A stretch of DNA of 32,000 nt. Source: Moraxella nasicaprae (GTDB lineage Bacteria > Pseudomonadota > Gammaproteobacteria > Pseudomonadales > Moraxellaceae). The notes under the pieces are model-generated. The model saw nothing but the letters and a program-made list of their open reading frames with translations. It had not been told where the DNA came from and made no database searches. The stretch spans positions 150,001-182,000 of the forward strand of contig NZ_CP089977.1 of NCBI RefSeq assembly GCF_025643275.1. Direction: 5' to 3'. The position numbers and the translations under genes were made by a program. Of this stretch, positions 1 through 9,025 are shown piece by piece; the first letter of the stretch is position 1; every line of letters starts with the position of its first letter.

Positions 1-1
1 A

Positions 2-625
2 ATCAGCTTTACCAGCGAAGCACGCACCAAGATTGCCAACGACCAACTACAAGCCACACTCAGCAAGACCGCCCAAGCTGCCACGCCAGCCGCCATTGCC
101 AATGAACTAAACAAAAGCATCAATCAAGCCTTAACGCTTGCCAAACGCTATCCTGAGGTTGTTGTCAGCACTTCTCGTCAGCACACCCAGCCTCGCTATG
201 CCAATAACCAAGATGATAGCGACCAAAAAATCATCGGTTTTACAGGTTCGGTGTCATTGGAGTTGTCCAGCAAAAACTTTGAAAAAGCCAGCCAATTAAT
301 CGCTGATTTGCAGGACATCATGATTATCGACCAGCTTAATTTTGGCGTTTCGGAGCAAACTTATGCCAATGCCGAAAAACAGCTTCAAACCCAAGCCATC
401 AAAAATTTCCAAGACGAAGCTCAAAACATCAGTCAATCTTTTGGTGCATCTGGCTACAAAATCGTCAATGTTCAGCTTAATCATCATCAATACGCCCCCG
501 CCTACCCAATGGCGATGATGGCAAGTGCTAAAATGGCAGACAGCCGTGCTGTCGTGCAAGAGTTTTCAGCAGGCGATAGCACCATTAACTACACCATCAA
601 TGGAACCATCGAACTGATTAAATAA
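2..625 (+). CDS. SIMPL/DUF541 (YggE-like) periplasmic protein; the 5' end lies outside the window
   Basis: Frame 2 is open from nt 2 to the TAA at 623-625. The track shows only the part after an internal GTG at 251. The C-terminal pattern (KNFQDEAQNISQSFGASGYKIVNVQLN ... STINYTINGTIELIK) matches my memory of the E. coli YggE C-terminus. Confidence 0.7.
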   Translation: MSFTSEARTKIANDQLQATLSKTAQAATPAAIANELNKSINQALTLAKRYPEVVVSTSRQHTQPRYANNQDDSDQKIIGFTGSVSLELSSKNFEKASQLIADLQDIMIIDQLNFGVSEQTYANAEKQLQTQAIKNFQDEAQNISQSFGASGYKIVNVQLNHHQYAPAYPMAMMASAKMADSRAVVQEFSAGDSTINYTINGTIELIK

Positions 626-646
626 CCCAACCACAAGGAATGCACC

Positions 647-1699
647 ATGAAAAAACCATCTTCACTACTGACCATCTGTTTGGCTCTAACCACGCTGAGT
701 AGTCCTGCCTTTGCTGGCGAACAAGAAGGTATTGTTGTGCCTGTATCAACCAATCATGGTCAAAACGCCATCAGTAGCGTTGAAAAAAATGGCAAACGCT
801 ACTTAACCTACCATCTTGCTGATTATGCCAAGCTGGTCAATGAATCGGTTTGGTCGGCTGACATGACAGCCAATCCTGCCATGACCGTCAAGTTGCAAAC
901 TTTGCTTGATTGGAATCATGCCTCGCCTGGTGCGATTGATGGTGGTTGGGGTGCAACCAGCAAAAAAGCCCTGCAAAATTTTCAGCAGTTACAAGATCTA
1001 GAACCGACTGGCAAAATGAATGAGGCCACTTGGCAAGCATTGCACAAAAACATCGCCAGCGACCAGCCCATCTTGGTTTCCTACACCATCACCGATGCTG
1101 ACATGAAGGGTAATTATGCCAAACTGCCCAGCGAGCTAAGCGAACAAGCCAAGCAGGCAGGATTGTATTATGAAAATGTCGAAGAAATGCTTGGCGAACG
1201 CTTTCATATGTCGGTTCGTTATCTTAAAAAAATCAATCCTGACAAAAAATTTGTCGCAGGAGAAACCATCACCGTCATCAATACTGGTAAACCTTTGGAC
1301 AAAAAAATCACTCATTTGATTGCCCATCGCCAAGATGGCGTGTTGTACGCCTATCATGAAGACAAACTGATTGCCACTTATCCAAGCATGATTGGCAAAG
1401 ACGATAGCAAAACTGGCAATAATCGCTTTAAAATCACAGATAAAGTCAAAATGCCAAGCTATAAAGCCACAATCAACAAAGACGGCAAAACCAGTACCGT
1501 CATCTTGCCATCTGGTCCCAATAACCCTGTTGGCGTGGCATGGCTTGGTATTAACAAGCCCAACTGCGGTATTCATGGCTCGCCAATGCCTGACATCATT
1601 GACAAACCTGCTGAACTTGGTTGTATCAAGCTGACCAACTGGGATATTTTGGAAGTGTACGCCAATATTGAACAAGGAGCAATCGTCGAGATTCGCTAA
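647..1699 (+). CDS. L,D-transpeptidase (YkuD domain) with an N-terminal signal peptide and a PG_binding_1 domain
   Basis: Signal peptide MKKPSSLLTICLALTTLSSPAFA. A peptidoglycan-binding repeat (GAIDGGWGATSKKALQNFQQLQDLEPTGKMNEATWQAL). YkuD catalytic region GIHGSPMPDIIDKPAELGCIKL, with His and the GC motif. An aagga RBS lies upstream of the ATG. Confidence 0.85.
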   Translation: MKKPSSLLTICLALTTLSSPAFAGEQEGIVVPVSTNHGQNAISSVEKNGKRYLTYHLADYAKLVNESVWSADMTANPAMTVKLQTLLDWNHASPGAIDGGWGATSKKALQNFQQLQDLEPTGKMNEATWQALHKNIASDQPILVSYTITDADMKGNYAKLPSELSEQAKQAGLYYENVEEMLGERFHMSVRYLKKINPDKKFVAGETITVINTGKPLDKKITHLIAHRQDGVLYAYHEDKLIATYPSMIGKDDSKTGNNRFKITDKVKMPSYKATINKDGKTSTVILPSGPNNPVGVAWLGINKPNCGIHGSPMPDIIDKPAELGCIKLTNWDILEVYANIEQGAIVEIR

Positions 1700-2203
1700 T
1701 CTACCCTGCATGAGCGGCTTAGAAAAAATGCCTTTGGCAGATAAGCCGCCAAATTTCTAACATGACAAAATGGTTTGGAATAGTGGGCGATGGGCATTTG
1801 GCTGGTGCTTTTGTTCTTATACCGCATGGGCGACTTAGAAAACTTGGTTAAGCCCTCGTTGCCAATACGGTAAGCTCCACCATCTAAAATAGAGTGTTCG
1901 CCAATAACGGCAACGCCATTGGCTTTTGGGTATTTTGCACTTTTTTTCTTGTTTAAAGGTAAGCCATTTTTCAAATTTTGACAGGTCAAGACCTGCTGGC
2001 ATATACCAAGATTTATTGGTACTATCCCATTTTGCCCCTAGTGATTTGGCTTAGTCTTTCTTAGCATAAGGAGTATTGAGTTTGGTATTATATTGAAAAA
2101 TATTGGGTTTTGGTGCGGGTTTATGTGGTTGTTGCTTATCGGACCAAAATTTCCCTAAATTTTTTTTAATAAAATATATTAGCTTAAATCCTTTCCTATT
2201 TTA
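1696..2203 (-). pseudogene. Decayed gene carrying a DUF5710-like motif, disrupted by an in-frame TAA and a frameshift in an A7 run
   Basis: The minus-strand frame reads ...LNTPYAKKD*AKSLGAKWDSTNKSWYMPAGLDLSKFEKWLTFKQEKK, with the stop at 2051-2053. Removing one A from the A7 run near 1940-1948 joins this frame to the track ORF 1696-1989. There is no ATG start upstream as far as the stop at 2201-2203. Confidence 0.55.
1714..1749 (+). terminator. Possible terminator hairpin after the L,D-transpeptidase gene
   Basis: An 8-bp stem, gcggctta (1714-1721) with taagccgc (1742-1749), and a 20-nt loop. The downstream T-run is weak. Confidence 0.3.
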
Positions 2204-2218
2204 TAATTATGGGAAGGG

Positions 2219-2383
2219 TTAGTATTTGATAGTGAGGGGTAATTGATATCCAAAGCCATCAATGAATTGCTGACCTTTTCTACTCTCCCAATACAGCACA
2301 CCATTTAAATGTTGCCAGCCCACATAACCTATATTTACAGCAGTTTCGTTCCTTACGCCACACAGGCATAAAAGATAATACAT
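2219..2383 (-). CDS. Hypothetical small protein (54 aa if started at MYYLLCLCG...)
   Basis: This is track ORF 2219-2401. The internal ATG at 2383 is preceded by a perfect GGAGG about 10 nt upstream. No family was recognised. Confidence 0.3.
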   Translation of the reverse strand: MYYLLCLCGVRNETAVNIGYVGWQHLNGVLYWESRKGQQFIDGFGYQLPLTIKY

Positions 2384-2457
2384 ATTACGCCCACCTCCCA
2401 TTCTTTAACCATGACATGGAAACAAAAAGAACAAAGTTCAAATGAAGGCTTACTCAT
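2353..2457 (-). CDS. Hypothetical 34-aa ORF (MSKPSFELCSFCFHVMVKEWEVGVICIIFYACVA) that overlaps the next ORF out of frame
   Basis: Hand translation of the minus strand. It overlaps ORF 2219-2401 by 49 nt with a one-base frame offset, so the two may be halves of one frameshifted gene. Confidence 0.15.
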   Translation of the reverse strand: MSKPSFELCSFCFHVMVKEWEVGVICIIFYACVA

Positions 2458-2590
2458 TGCTACTGAATTATTCATCGGATTTGTCTTGTATTTATCAAAA
2501 AATTAAATTTATCTATTGTGGTTTTCAATAAATCAAGTACATTGACGATACATTTTCTGATAAATTTTGCATTTCACTCAGTTTATTCTA

Positions 2591-2619
2591 TGGAATAGCA
2601 TTACAGTAAATGATATAAT
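2591..2619 (+). promoter_or_regulatory. Candidate sigma70 promoter for putA with an extended -10
   Basis: tgatataat at 2611-2619 (TG-n-TATAAT). A weak -35, tggaat, lies 17 nt upstream at 2591-2596. Confidence 0.4.
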
Positions 2620-2681
2620 TGTTATTGCTAGTTTGTTGCATTTGTGTTATTTGCAACCCTATTATCATTAAGGACAACACC

Positions 2682-5600
2682 ATGTTTAATTTTACCCAAC
2701 CGCAAACACCTTTGCGTGATGCCATTACCAATGCTTATCGCTTGGACGAAGTGATTGCTGTGCAAAATTTGCTCGCTACCTTAGGATTTGATGCAGAGCA
2801 AAAAGGTCGTATCGATGCATTGGCTCGTCGCTTGATTACCCAAGTGCGTGCTGACCGCAGTAAATCATCTGGCGTTGATGCCTTGATGCACGAATTTTCT
2901 TTGTCCAGCGAAGAAGGTGTGGCATTGATGTGCCTTGCCGAAGCTCTACTTCGTATTCCAGATACCGCCACTCGTGACCGCCTAATCCAAGACAAACTTG
3001 CCGATGGCGACTGGAAAAGCCATGTTGGTAACAGCCCATCAATGTTTGTCAATGCCGCTGCTTGGGGTTTGGTCTTAACGGGTAAACTGACCCAGCCGAC
3101 CACCGATTCACTTGGCTCATCATTGACTCGCCTAATCCAAAAAGGCGGTGCACCATTTATTCGAGCTGGCGTGAATCACGCCATGAAAATTTTGGGCAAG
3201 CAGTTTGTGACAGGTCAGACCATCAATGAAGCACTTGCCAATGGTAAAGCTCGTGAAAAGCTAGGCTATCGTTTTAGTTTTGATATGCTGGGCGAGGCCG
3301 CCATGACCCAAGAAGATGCTGACCGCTACTATCAAGATTATGTTACCGCCATTCACGCCATTGGTAAGGACGCACAAGGTCGTGGGGTGTATGATGGTAA
3401 CGGCATTTCTGTTAAACTATCTGCCATTCACCCACGCTATTTCCGTGCTCAGCGTGAGCGAGTGATGAATGAGCTGTTGCCACGCCTAAAAGCATTGTAT
3501 GTGCTTGCCAAAGAATATAACATCGGTCTAAACATTGATGCCGAAGAAGCCAACCGATTGGAGCTATCACTAGATTTGATGGAACATTTGGTATCTGACC
3601 CTGATTTGGCAGGCTTTAATGGCATTGGTTTTGTGGTGCAAGCCTACCAAAAACGCTGCCCTTATGTGATTGATTTTCTGATTGATTTGGCTCGTCGCAA
3701 CAACCAACGCCTCATGATTCGCCTTGTCAAAGGTGCTTATTGGGACAGCGAAATCAAATGGGCTCAGGTCGATGGTATGGACGGCTACCCTGTTTATACT
3801 CGCAAAGTACATACCGATGTGTCGTATCTTGCTTGTGCCAAAAAATTACTGGCTGCCCAAGATGCCATCTTCCCACAATTTGCCACACACAACGCTCAAA
3901 GCCTTGCCACCATTTATGAAATGGGTCAGGATAAAGAATTTGAATTCCAATGCCTACATGGCATGGGCGAAACCCTGTACGATCAAGTGGTTGGCGAAAA
4001 AAATCTGGGTCGTCGTGTGCGTATCTACGCCCCTGTTGGCACACACAAAACCTTGCTTGCCTACTTGGTGCGTCGTCTGCTTGAAAATGGTGCAAACTCA
4101 TCATTCGTCAATCGCATCGTGGACGAAAAAGTTAGCATTGACGAACTGGTTGAATCACCGATTGATGAAGTGCTTGCCAATGGCATCACACCAAATCCAC
4201 TAACCCCACCACCTCGTCGCATCTATGGCGAGCGAGACAACTCTTACGGATTGGATTTATCAAACGAGCATGTGCTGGCTCAATTACAAGCCAATATGCA
4301 AGCCGCCAGCAGCATTGATTTTGATGTCAAATCCTTGACTTCGGTGGAGGTATCGCATCAAGCTGCACACGCCGTACTAAACCCTGCCGACCATAGTGAT
4401 GTGGTGGGTCAAGTATCCTTTGTTGCCCCAGAAAGTGTCGGTCAGGTCATCACAGCCGCCATCAATGCTCAAAGTTCTTGGCAAGCGGTTAGTCCAGCCC
4501 AAAGAGCGGCGGTTTTGCGTAAATTTGCTGACTTGATGGAAGATGCACCACGCATGGCACTATTGATGATGATTGCTGTGCGTGAAGCAGGTAAAACATT
4601 GCTAAATTCAATCGCCGAAGTGCGTGAAGCGGTCGATTTTTGCCGTTATTATGCCGATGAGACCGAACGCCTTGCACTGTCAAATCCAGTCGGTACTGTG
4701 GTTGCCATTAGCCCTTGGAACTTCCCGCTAGCCATCTTTGTGGGCGAAGTAGTATCGGCACTGGCAGCAGGTAATACTGTGGTTGCCAAACCTGCCGAAC
4801 AAACCAGCCTTATCGCTCATCTAGCAGTATCTTGGCTGCATGAAGCAGGTGTACCAACCGATGCCCTACAATTAGTCTTGGGTGCTGGCGATGTTGGTGC
4901 GGCTCTAACCAGCGACAATCGTATTGACGGTGTGATTTTCACTGGCTCAACCGATGTTGCCAAACGCATCAATAAAATCCTAGCCGCTCGTGATGACAAC
5001 CCAGTCTTAATCGCCGAAACTGGTGGTATGAATGCGATGATTGTGGACTCAACCGCCCTACCTGAGCAAGTCTGCCTAGATGTATTGGCGTCTGCATTTG
5101 ACTCAGCAGGTCAGCGTTGCTCTGCACTGCGTATCTTGTGCGTTCAAGAAGATATTGCCGACCACATGGTTGAGATGATTAAAGGTGCGATGGACGAACT
5201 GGTAGTCAATAACCCAGCCGCCCTATCCACCGATGTTGGTCCTGTGATTGATGCAGAAGCCCAAGAAAATCTGCTTAATCACATCAATACCCTCAAACAA
5301 ACTGCCAAATATCACGAAGTTGCCATCAAATCAGATGCCCAAAGCTCAACCTTTGTTGCACCGATTATGTTTGAATTAAACGATTTGTCGCAACTGAAAA
5401 AAGAAGTGTTTGGCCCTGTGTTGCATGTGGTGCGTTTTGCCGCTCACGAACTTGATGAGCTGATTGACAGCATTAACAAAAAAGGCTACGCTCTAACTCA
5501 CGGTATCCATAGCCGAATTGATAGTACGATTGAGCACATCACCAGTCGTATCGAGGCGGGTAATGTGTACATCAATCGCAACATCGTTGGTGCAGTAGTT

Positions 5601-6263
5601 GGCGTACAACCATTTGGCGGTCATGCGATGAGTGGTACAGGTCCAAAAGCTGGTGGTCCTTTCTATCTACAACGCTTAAGCTGTCTGGCTAAATGGCACA
5701 CTCCTGTGCTGGATAAAACTGCACAAGTTGATGAAAAAGCCCTACAATCTGTACTATCAGCCGTACAAGCCTTGTCTCTTAGCGAAGAGCAGTTGTCAGC
5801 CATCAATGCACAGATTGAGCAAGCACGCCAAACCACACTGACCCAAGCTCGTGCAACCCTATCAGGCCCAACAGGTGAGGCCAATACCATGACTTGGCAC
5901 GCCCCTGCGGCAGTCACGCTATATGGTGGCGATGTTGCTCAATCAGCAGCAGCGGCTGCCATCTTGGCGATGAATGGTACTCAAATCCACATCAGCCCAT
6001 CTCACCCATTGGCAGAAGTGGCGGAACGCAGTGGCTCTATCATCGTGGCAGAACAACCTGCACTTGACCAAAATAGCATCGTTGTTGCTTTAAGCACCAT
6101 GCCTACCGATGAACAAGTGCGTTTGGCAGAATTGGACGGCAGTATCCGCCGCATCATTGATGCCAGCAATGGTTTGGACATGACTCGTCTATACCACGAA
6201 GTCAGCCAAAGTTACAACACCACAGCCGCTGGTGGTAATGCAAGCCTAATGGCATCTGCATAA
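2682..6263 (+). CDS. putA: Bifunctional proline dehydrogenase / L-glutamate-gamma-semialdehyde dehydrogenase (PutA), 1193 aa
   Basis: The ATG at 2682 is preceded by aagga (2670-2674). The track's TTG start at 2619 adds an implausible Cys-rich leader. The protein has a PRODH barrel region followed by an ALDH domain (SPWNFPLAIF, ETGGMNAMIVD, QRCSALR). No N-terminal ribbon-helix-helix domain is apparent. Confidence 0.95.
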   Translation: MFNFTQPQTPLRDAITNAYRLDEVIAVQNLLATLGFDAEQKGRIDALARRLITQVRADRSKSSGVDALMHEFSLSSEEGVALMCLAEALLRIPDTATRDRLIQDKLADGDWKSHVGNSPSMFVNAAAWGLVLTGKLTQPTTDSLGSSLTRLIQKGGAPFIRAGVNHAMKILGKQFVTGQTINEALANGKAREKLGYRFSFDMLGEAAMTQEDADRYYQDYVTAIHAIGKDAQGRGVYDGNGISVKLSAIHPRYFRAQRERVMNELLPRLKALYVLAKEYNIGLNIDAEEANRLELSLDLMEHLVSDPDLAGFNGIGFVVQAYQKRCPYVIDFLIDLARRNNQRLMIRLVKGAYWDSEIKWAQVDGMDGYPVYTRKVHTDVSYLACAKKLLAAQDAIFPQFATHNAQSLATIYEMGQDKEFEFQCLHGMGETLYDQVVGEKNLGRRVRIYAPVGTHKTLLAYLVRRLLENGANSSFVNRIVDEKVSIDELVESPIDEVLANGITPNPLTPPPRRIYGERDNSYGLDLSNEHVLAQLQANMQAASSIDFDVKSLTSVEVSHQAAHAVLNPADHSDVVGQVSFVAPESVGQVITAAINAQSSWQAVSPAQRAAVLRKFADLMEDAPRMALLMMIAVREAGKTLLNSIAEVREAVDFCRYYADETERLALSNPVGTVVAISPWNFPLAIFVGEVVSALAAGNTVVAKPAEQTSLIAHLAVSWLHEAGVPTDALQLVLGAGDVGAALTSDNRIDGVIFTGSTDVAKRINKILAARDDNPVLIAETGGMNAMIVDSTALPEQVCLDVLASAFDSAGQRCSALRILCVQEDIADHMVEMIKGAMDELVVNNPAALSTDVGPVIDAEAQENLLNHINTLKQTAKYHEVAIKSDAQSSTFVAPIMFELNDLSQLKKEVFGPVLHVVRFAAHELDELIDSINKKGYALTHGIHSRIDSTIEHITSRIEAGNVYINRNIVGAVVGVQPFGGHAMSGTGPKAGGPFYLQRLSCLAKWHTPVLDKTAQVDEKALQSVLSAVQALSLSEEQLSAINAQIEQARQTTLTQARATLSGPTGEANTMTWHAPAAVTLYGGDVAQSAAAAAILAMNGTQIHISPSHPLAEVAERSGSIIVAEQPALDQNSIVVALSTMPTDEQVRLAELDGSIRRIIDASNGLDMTRLYHEVSQSYNTTAAGGNASLMASA

Positions 6264-6274
6264 TCAAACCTCAT

Positions 6275-6315
6275 CAAACAACGCATCATGGCAATGGTGC
6301 GTTGTTTGTCATTTT
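6275..6315 (+). terminator. Rho-independent terminator of putA
   Basis: An 11-bp perfect stem, caaacaacgca (6275-6285) with tgcgttgtttg (6298-6308), followed by tcatttt. Confidence 0.75.
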
Positions 6316-6420
6316 AGATAAACACACTCTAAATCAATCAGTCAAATGTCAATGGTTGATATTTTTTATGATAAATTTTGTTAAGCAATCCGTTTCATAT
6401 TTCCAAAAAACACAGTAAAA

Positions 6421-6469
6421 AATTAAAAAATCAATTAAAAAACAACTGGTTATGATTGATTGCTATATT
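6421..6469 (+). promoter_or_regulatory. Candidate pckG promoter region: a direct A-tract repeat plus an extended -10
   Basis: aattaaaaaa occurs at 6421-6430 and again at 6433-6442. tgctatatt (TG-n-TATATT) lies at 6461-6469. Confidence 0.3.
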
Positions 6470-6661
6470 CACTAACACATCATCATTCTAAAAAATAGAT
6501 ATATTTTTTTATTCAATGATACTTACTATTTTTATCATTTTATGATTTAATATAGCTTTCTGAGAAATCCCATCATTTGATAGATGATTTTTTAATGAGT
6601 GATTTCCCAACAGTTTGCCAATCCATTGATTGAGCAGCCCCAATTTCTGTGAGATTAAACC

Positions 6662-8494
6662 ATGACCACAACAGTTACCGCTCCTGATTTTGTCCGTCAT
6701 CAAGCCCTAATCAATTGGGTTAATGACATTGCCAAACTGACCAAGCCTGCCAACATCGAATGGTGTGATGGTTCAGAAGAAGAAAATCAACGCCTACTTG
6801 ATTTGATGATTGCCAATGGCACAATGATTAAGCTGAATGACGAAAAGCACCCAAATTCTTATTTGGCATTTTCAGACCCAACCGATGTGGCTCGTGTCGA
6901 AGACCGCACCTTTATCTGCTCAGAAAAAGAAATTGACGCTGGTGCAACCAATAACTGGGTTGAACCAAGCCAAATGCGAGGCACACTAAATAAGCTATTT
7001 GATGGCTGCATGGCTGGTCGCACCATGTATGTCGTGCCATTTAGCATGGGTCCTTTGGGTAGCCATATTGCTCACATTGGCATCGAAATTACCGACTCTC
7101 CGTATGTGGTTGTCAGCATGAAAAAGATGGCTCGCATGGGTAAAGCAGTTTATGATGTGCTAGGCACCGATGGCGAGTTTGTTCCATGTGTACATTCTGT
7201 GGGTGCACCACTTGCTGATGGTCAAAAAGATGTGGCATGGCCATGCAATGATGAAAAATACATCGTACACTTCCCAGAAACTCGTGAAATCTGGTCTTAT
7301 GGTTCAGGTTATGGTGGTAATGCCCTACTTGGCAAAAAGTGCTTGGCACTTCGCATCGCTTCGGCAATGGGTCGTGAACAAGGCTGGCTTGCAGAGCATA
7401 TGCTTATTCTAGGCGTGACCAATCCAGAGGGCAAAAAACACTACATCGCAGCCGCTTTCCCATCAGCGTGTGGCAAGACCAACTTCGCCATGCTGATTCC
7501 GCCAGCAGGCTATGAGGGTTGGAAAGTGGAAACTGTCGGTGATGATATTGCTTGGATTAAACCATCAGCCGATGGCAAGCTATATGCCATCAACCCAGAA
7601 GCGGGCTTCTTTGGTGTCGCCCCAGGCACGAACACCAAAACCAACTCAAACTGCATGAGCACCCTAACCTCTGATGTCATCTACACCAATGTGGCGGTGA
7701 CTGATGATGGCGAAGTATGGTGGGAAGGTAAAACCAAAGAAACCCCAGCCAATCTAACCAACTGGAAACGAGAGCCACACACAGGCGAAGAGCGTGCTGC
7801 ACATGCCAATGCTCGCTTTACCGTTGCTGCTGCTCAATGCCCATCTATTGATCCACAGTGGGAAAATCCAGAAGGCGTGCCTATCTCTGCATTCATCTTT
7901 GGCGGTCGCCGTGCTGATACTGTGCCTTTGGTATCAGAGGCCTTTGATTGGGTTGATGGTGTCTATAAAGCCGCCACAATGGGTTCTGAGACCACCGCTG
8001 CTGCTACTGGTGCACAAGGCGTGGTACGCCGTGACCCATTTGCAATGTTGCCATTTGCAGGTTACAACATGGCAGACTATTTTACCCATTGGCTTGAAAT
8101 GGGTGAAAGCGTTGGTGCAAAAGCTGCCGCTGCTGGCAACCAATTACCAAAAATGTTCAAGGTAAACTGGTTCCGCCGTGATGCAGAAGGTAACTTTGTA
8201 TGGCCTGGTTTTGGTCAAAATATGCGTGTGCTACAATGGATTATTGAGCGTGTCGAGGGTAAAGCCAATGCCACCAGTACACCTATTGGTCTAGTACCAA
8301 CCTATGAAGACATCAACTGGACAGCTTCTGATTTTAGCAAAGAACAGTTTGAACTGGTTACCAGCCAGAACAAAGAGCAATGGCTGGCTGAGCTAAACGA
8401 CCATACCAAGTTGTTCGAAAAACTAGGCGAGCGTATGCCAACAGCCCTAAAAGAGCATAATGCTAAGCTGATTGCTGATGTGCAAGCATCTTAA
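6662..8494 (+). CDS. pckG: Phosphoenolpyruvate carboxykinase (GTP), 610 aa
   Basis: GTP-PEPCK hallmarks are present: [23 protein letters not shown] and [17 protein letters not shown]. Confidence 0.95.
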   Translation: MTTTVTAPDFVRHQALINWVNDIAKLTKPANIEWCDGSEEENQRLLDLMIANGTMIKLNDEKHPNSYLAFSDPTDVARVEDRTFICSEKEIDAGATNNWVEPSQMRGTLNKLFDGCMAGRTMYVVPFSMGPLGSHIAHIGIEITDSPYVVVSMKKMARMGKAVYDVLGTDGEFVPCVHSVGAPLADGQKDVAWPCNDEKYIVHFPETREIWSYGSGYGGNALLGKKCLALRIASAMGREQGWLAEHMLILGVTNPEGKKHYIAAAFPSACGKTNFAMLIPPAGYEGWKVETVGDDIAWIKPSADGKLYAINPEAGFFGVAPGTNTKTNSNCMSTLTSDVIYTNVAVTDDGEVWWEGKTKETPANLTNWKREPHTGEERAAHANARFTVAAAQCPSIDPQWENPEGVPISAFIFGGRRADTVPLVSEAFDWVDGVYKAATMGSETTAAATGAQGVVRRDPFAMLPFAGYNMADYFTHWLEMGESVGAKAAAAGNQLPKMFKVNWFRRDAEGNFVWPGFGQNMRVLQWIIERVEGKANATSTPIGLVPTYEDINWTASDFSKEQFELVTSQNKEQWLAELNDHTKLFEKLGERMPTALKEHNAKLIADVQAS

Positions 8495-8505
8495 TCAACT
8501 GCACA

Positions 8506-8537
8506 AAAAGCCCTTGAACCATCAAGGGCTTTTTTAT
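8506..8537 (+). terminator. Rho-independent terminator of pckG
   Basis: Stem aaaaagcccttga with tcaagggcttttt around an acca loop, followed by a T-run. Confidence 0.8.
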
Positions 8538-8978
8538 TAACCGCACATTCATCTTCATAATCCACCGCACTGCTTATACAATATCTTTTTTGAACATAGG
8601 GGCGATTATGTTATCCATCAACATGGTTGTTTAATGCACTTTACCCCATCTTAACCCATTATTCTCACACACTCTACGCTCTTTTTGCACCATCTTTGAG
8701 CGATCTCCCCATCTACTTCCATACTGCCCAAACCATCAGCGTTGTACATCCCTATCATATCATCAGGCATCGCTTAATCATTGATAAAATAATCATAATC
8801 ACAATCCCAAATGAACACACCCAGCTCATTGCCTACCCATAGTATCAGACCAAAATAACTTTTTTACCATTCATCTTTTTCTTGCAATCATATGATGATT
8901 GACCCAAAGAAGTATCAGTATGCCATCAATGGTGATGTTATCAATATGAGCAAGCAGTGACTGGTGTTAAATTTAAAC

Positions 8979-9009
8979 AATAAAAAACCCAAGTATTACA
9001 CTTGGGTTT
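8979..9009 (-). terminator. Rho-independent terminator of the PBP gene
   Basis: A 10-bp perfect stem at 8985-8994 and 9000-9009. On the minus strand it is followed by ttttttatt. Confidence 0.75.
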
Positions 9010-9025
9010 GTCATCAGCTCATCAA

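Noticed and set aside
2619-2681. The track's TTG start extends PutA by 21 aa (MLLLVCCICVICNPIIIKDNT).
   Set aside because: The leader is Cys-rich and AT-driven and has no RBS. The ATG at 2682 has an aagga at the proper spacing, and the PutA-like sequence starts there.
8627-8842. A 71-aa ORF in the pckG-pbpG spacer.
   Set aside because: It has a non-ATG start, no RBS and an unusual His/Pro/Ile/Tyr-rich composition. It is kept only as part of the low-interest note on the ORF-poor spacer.
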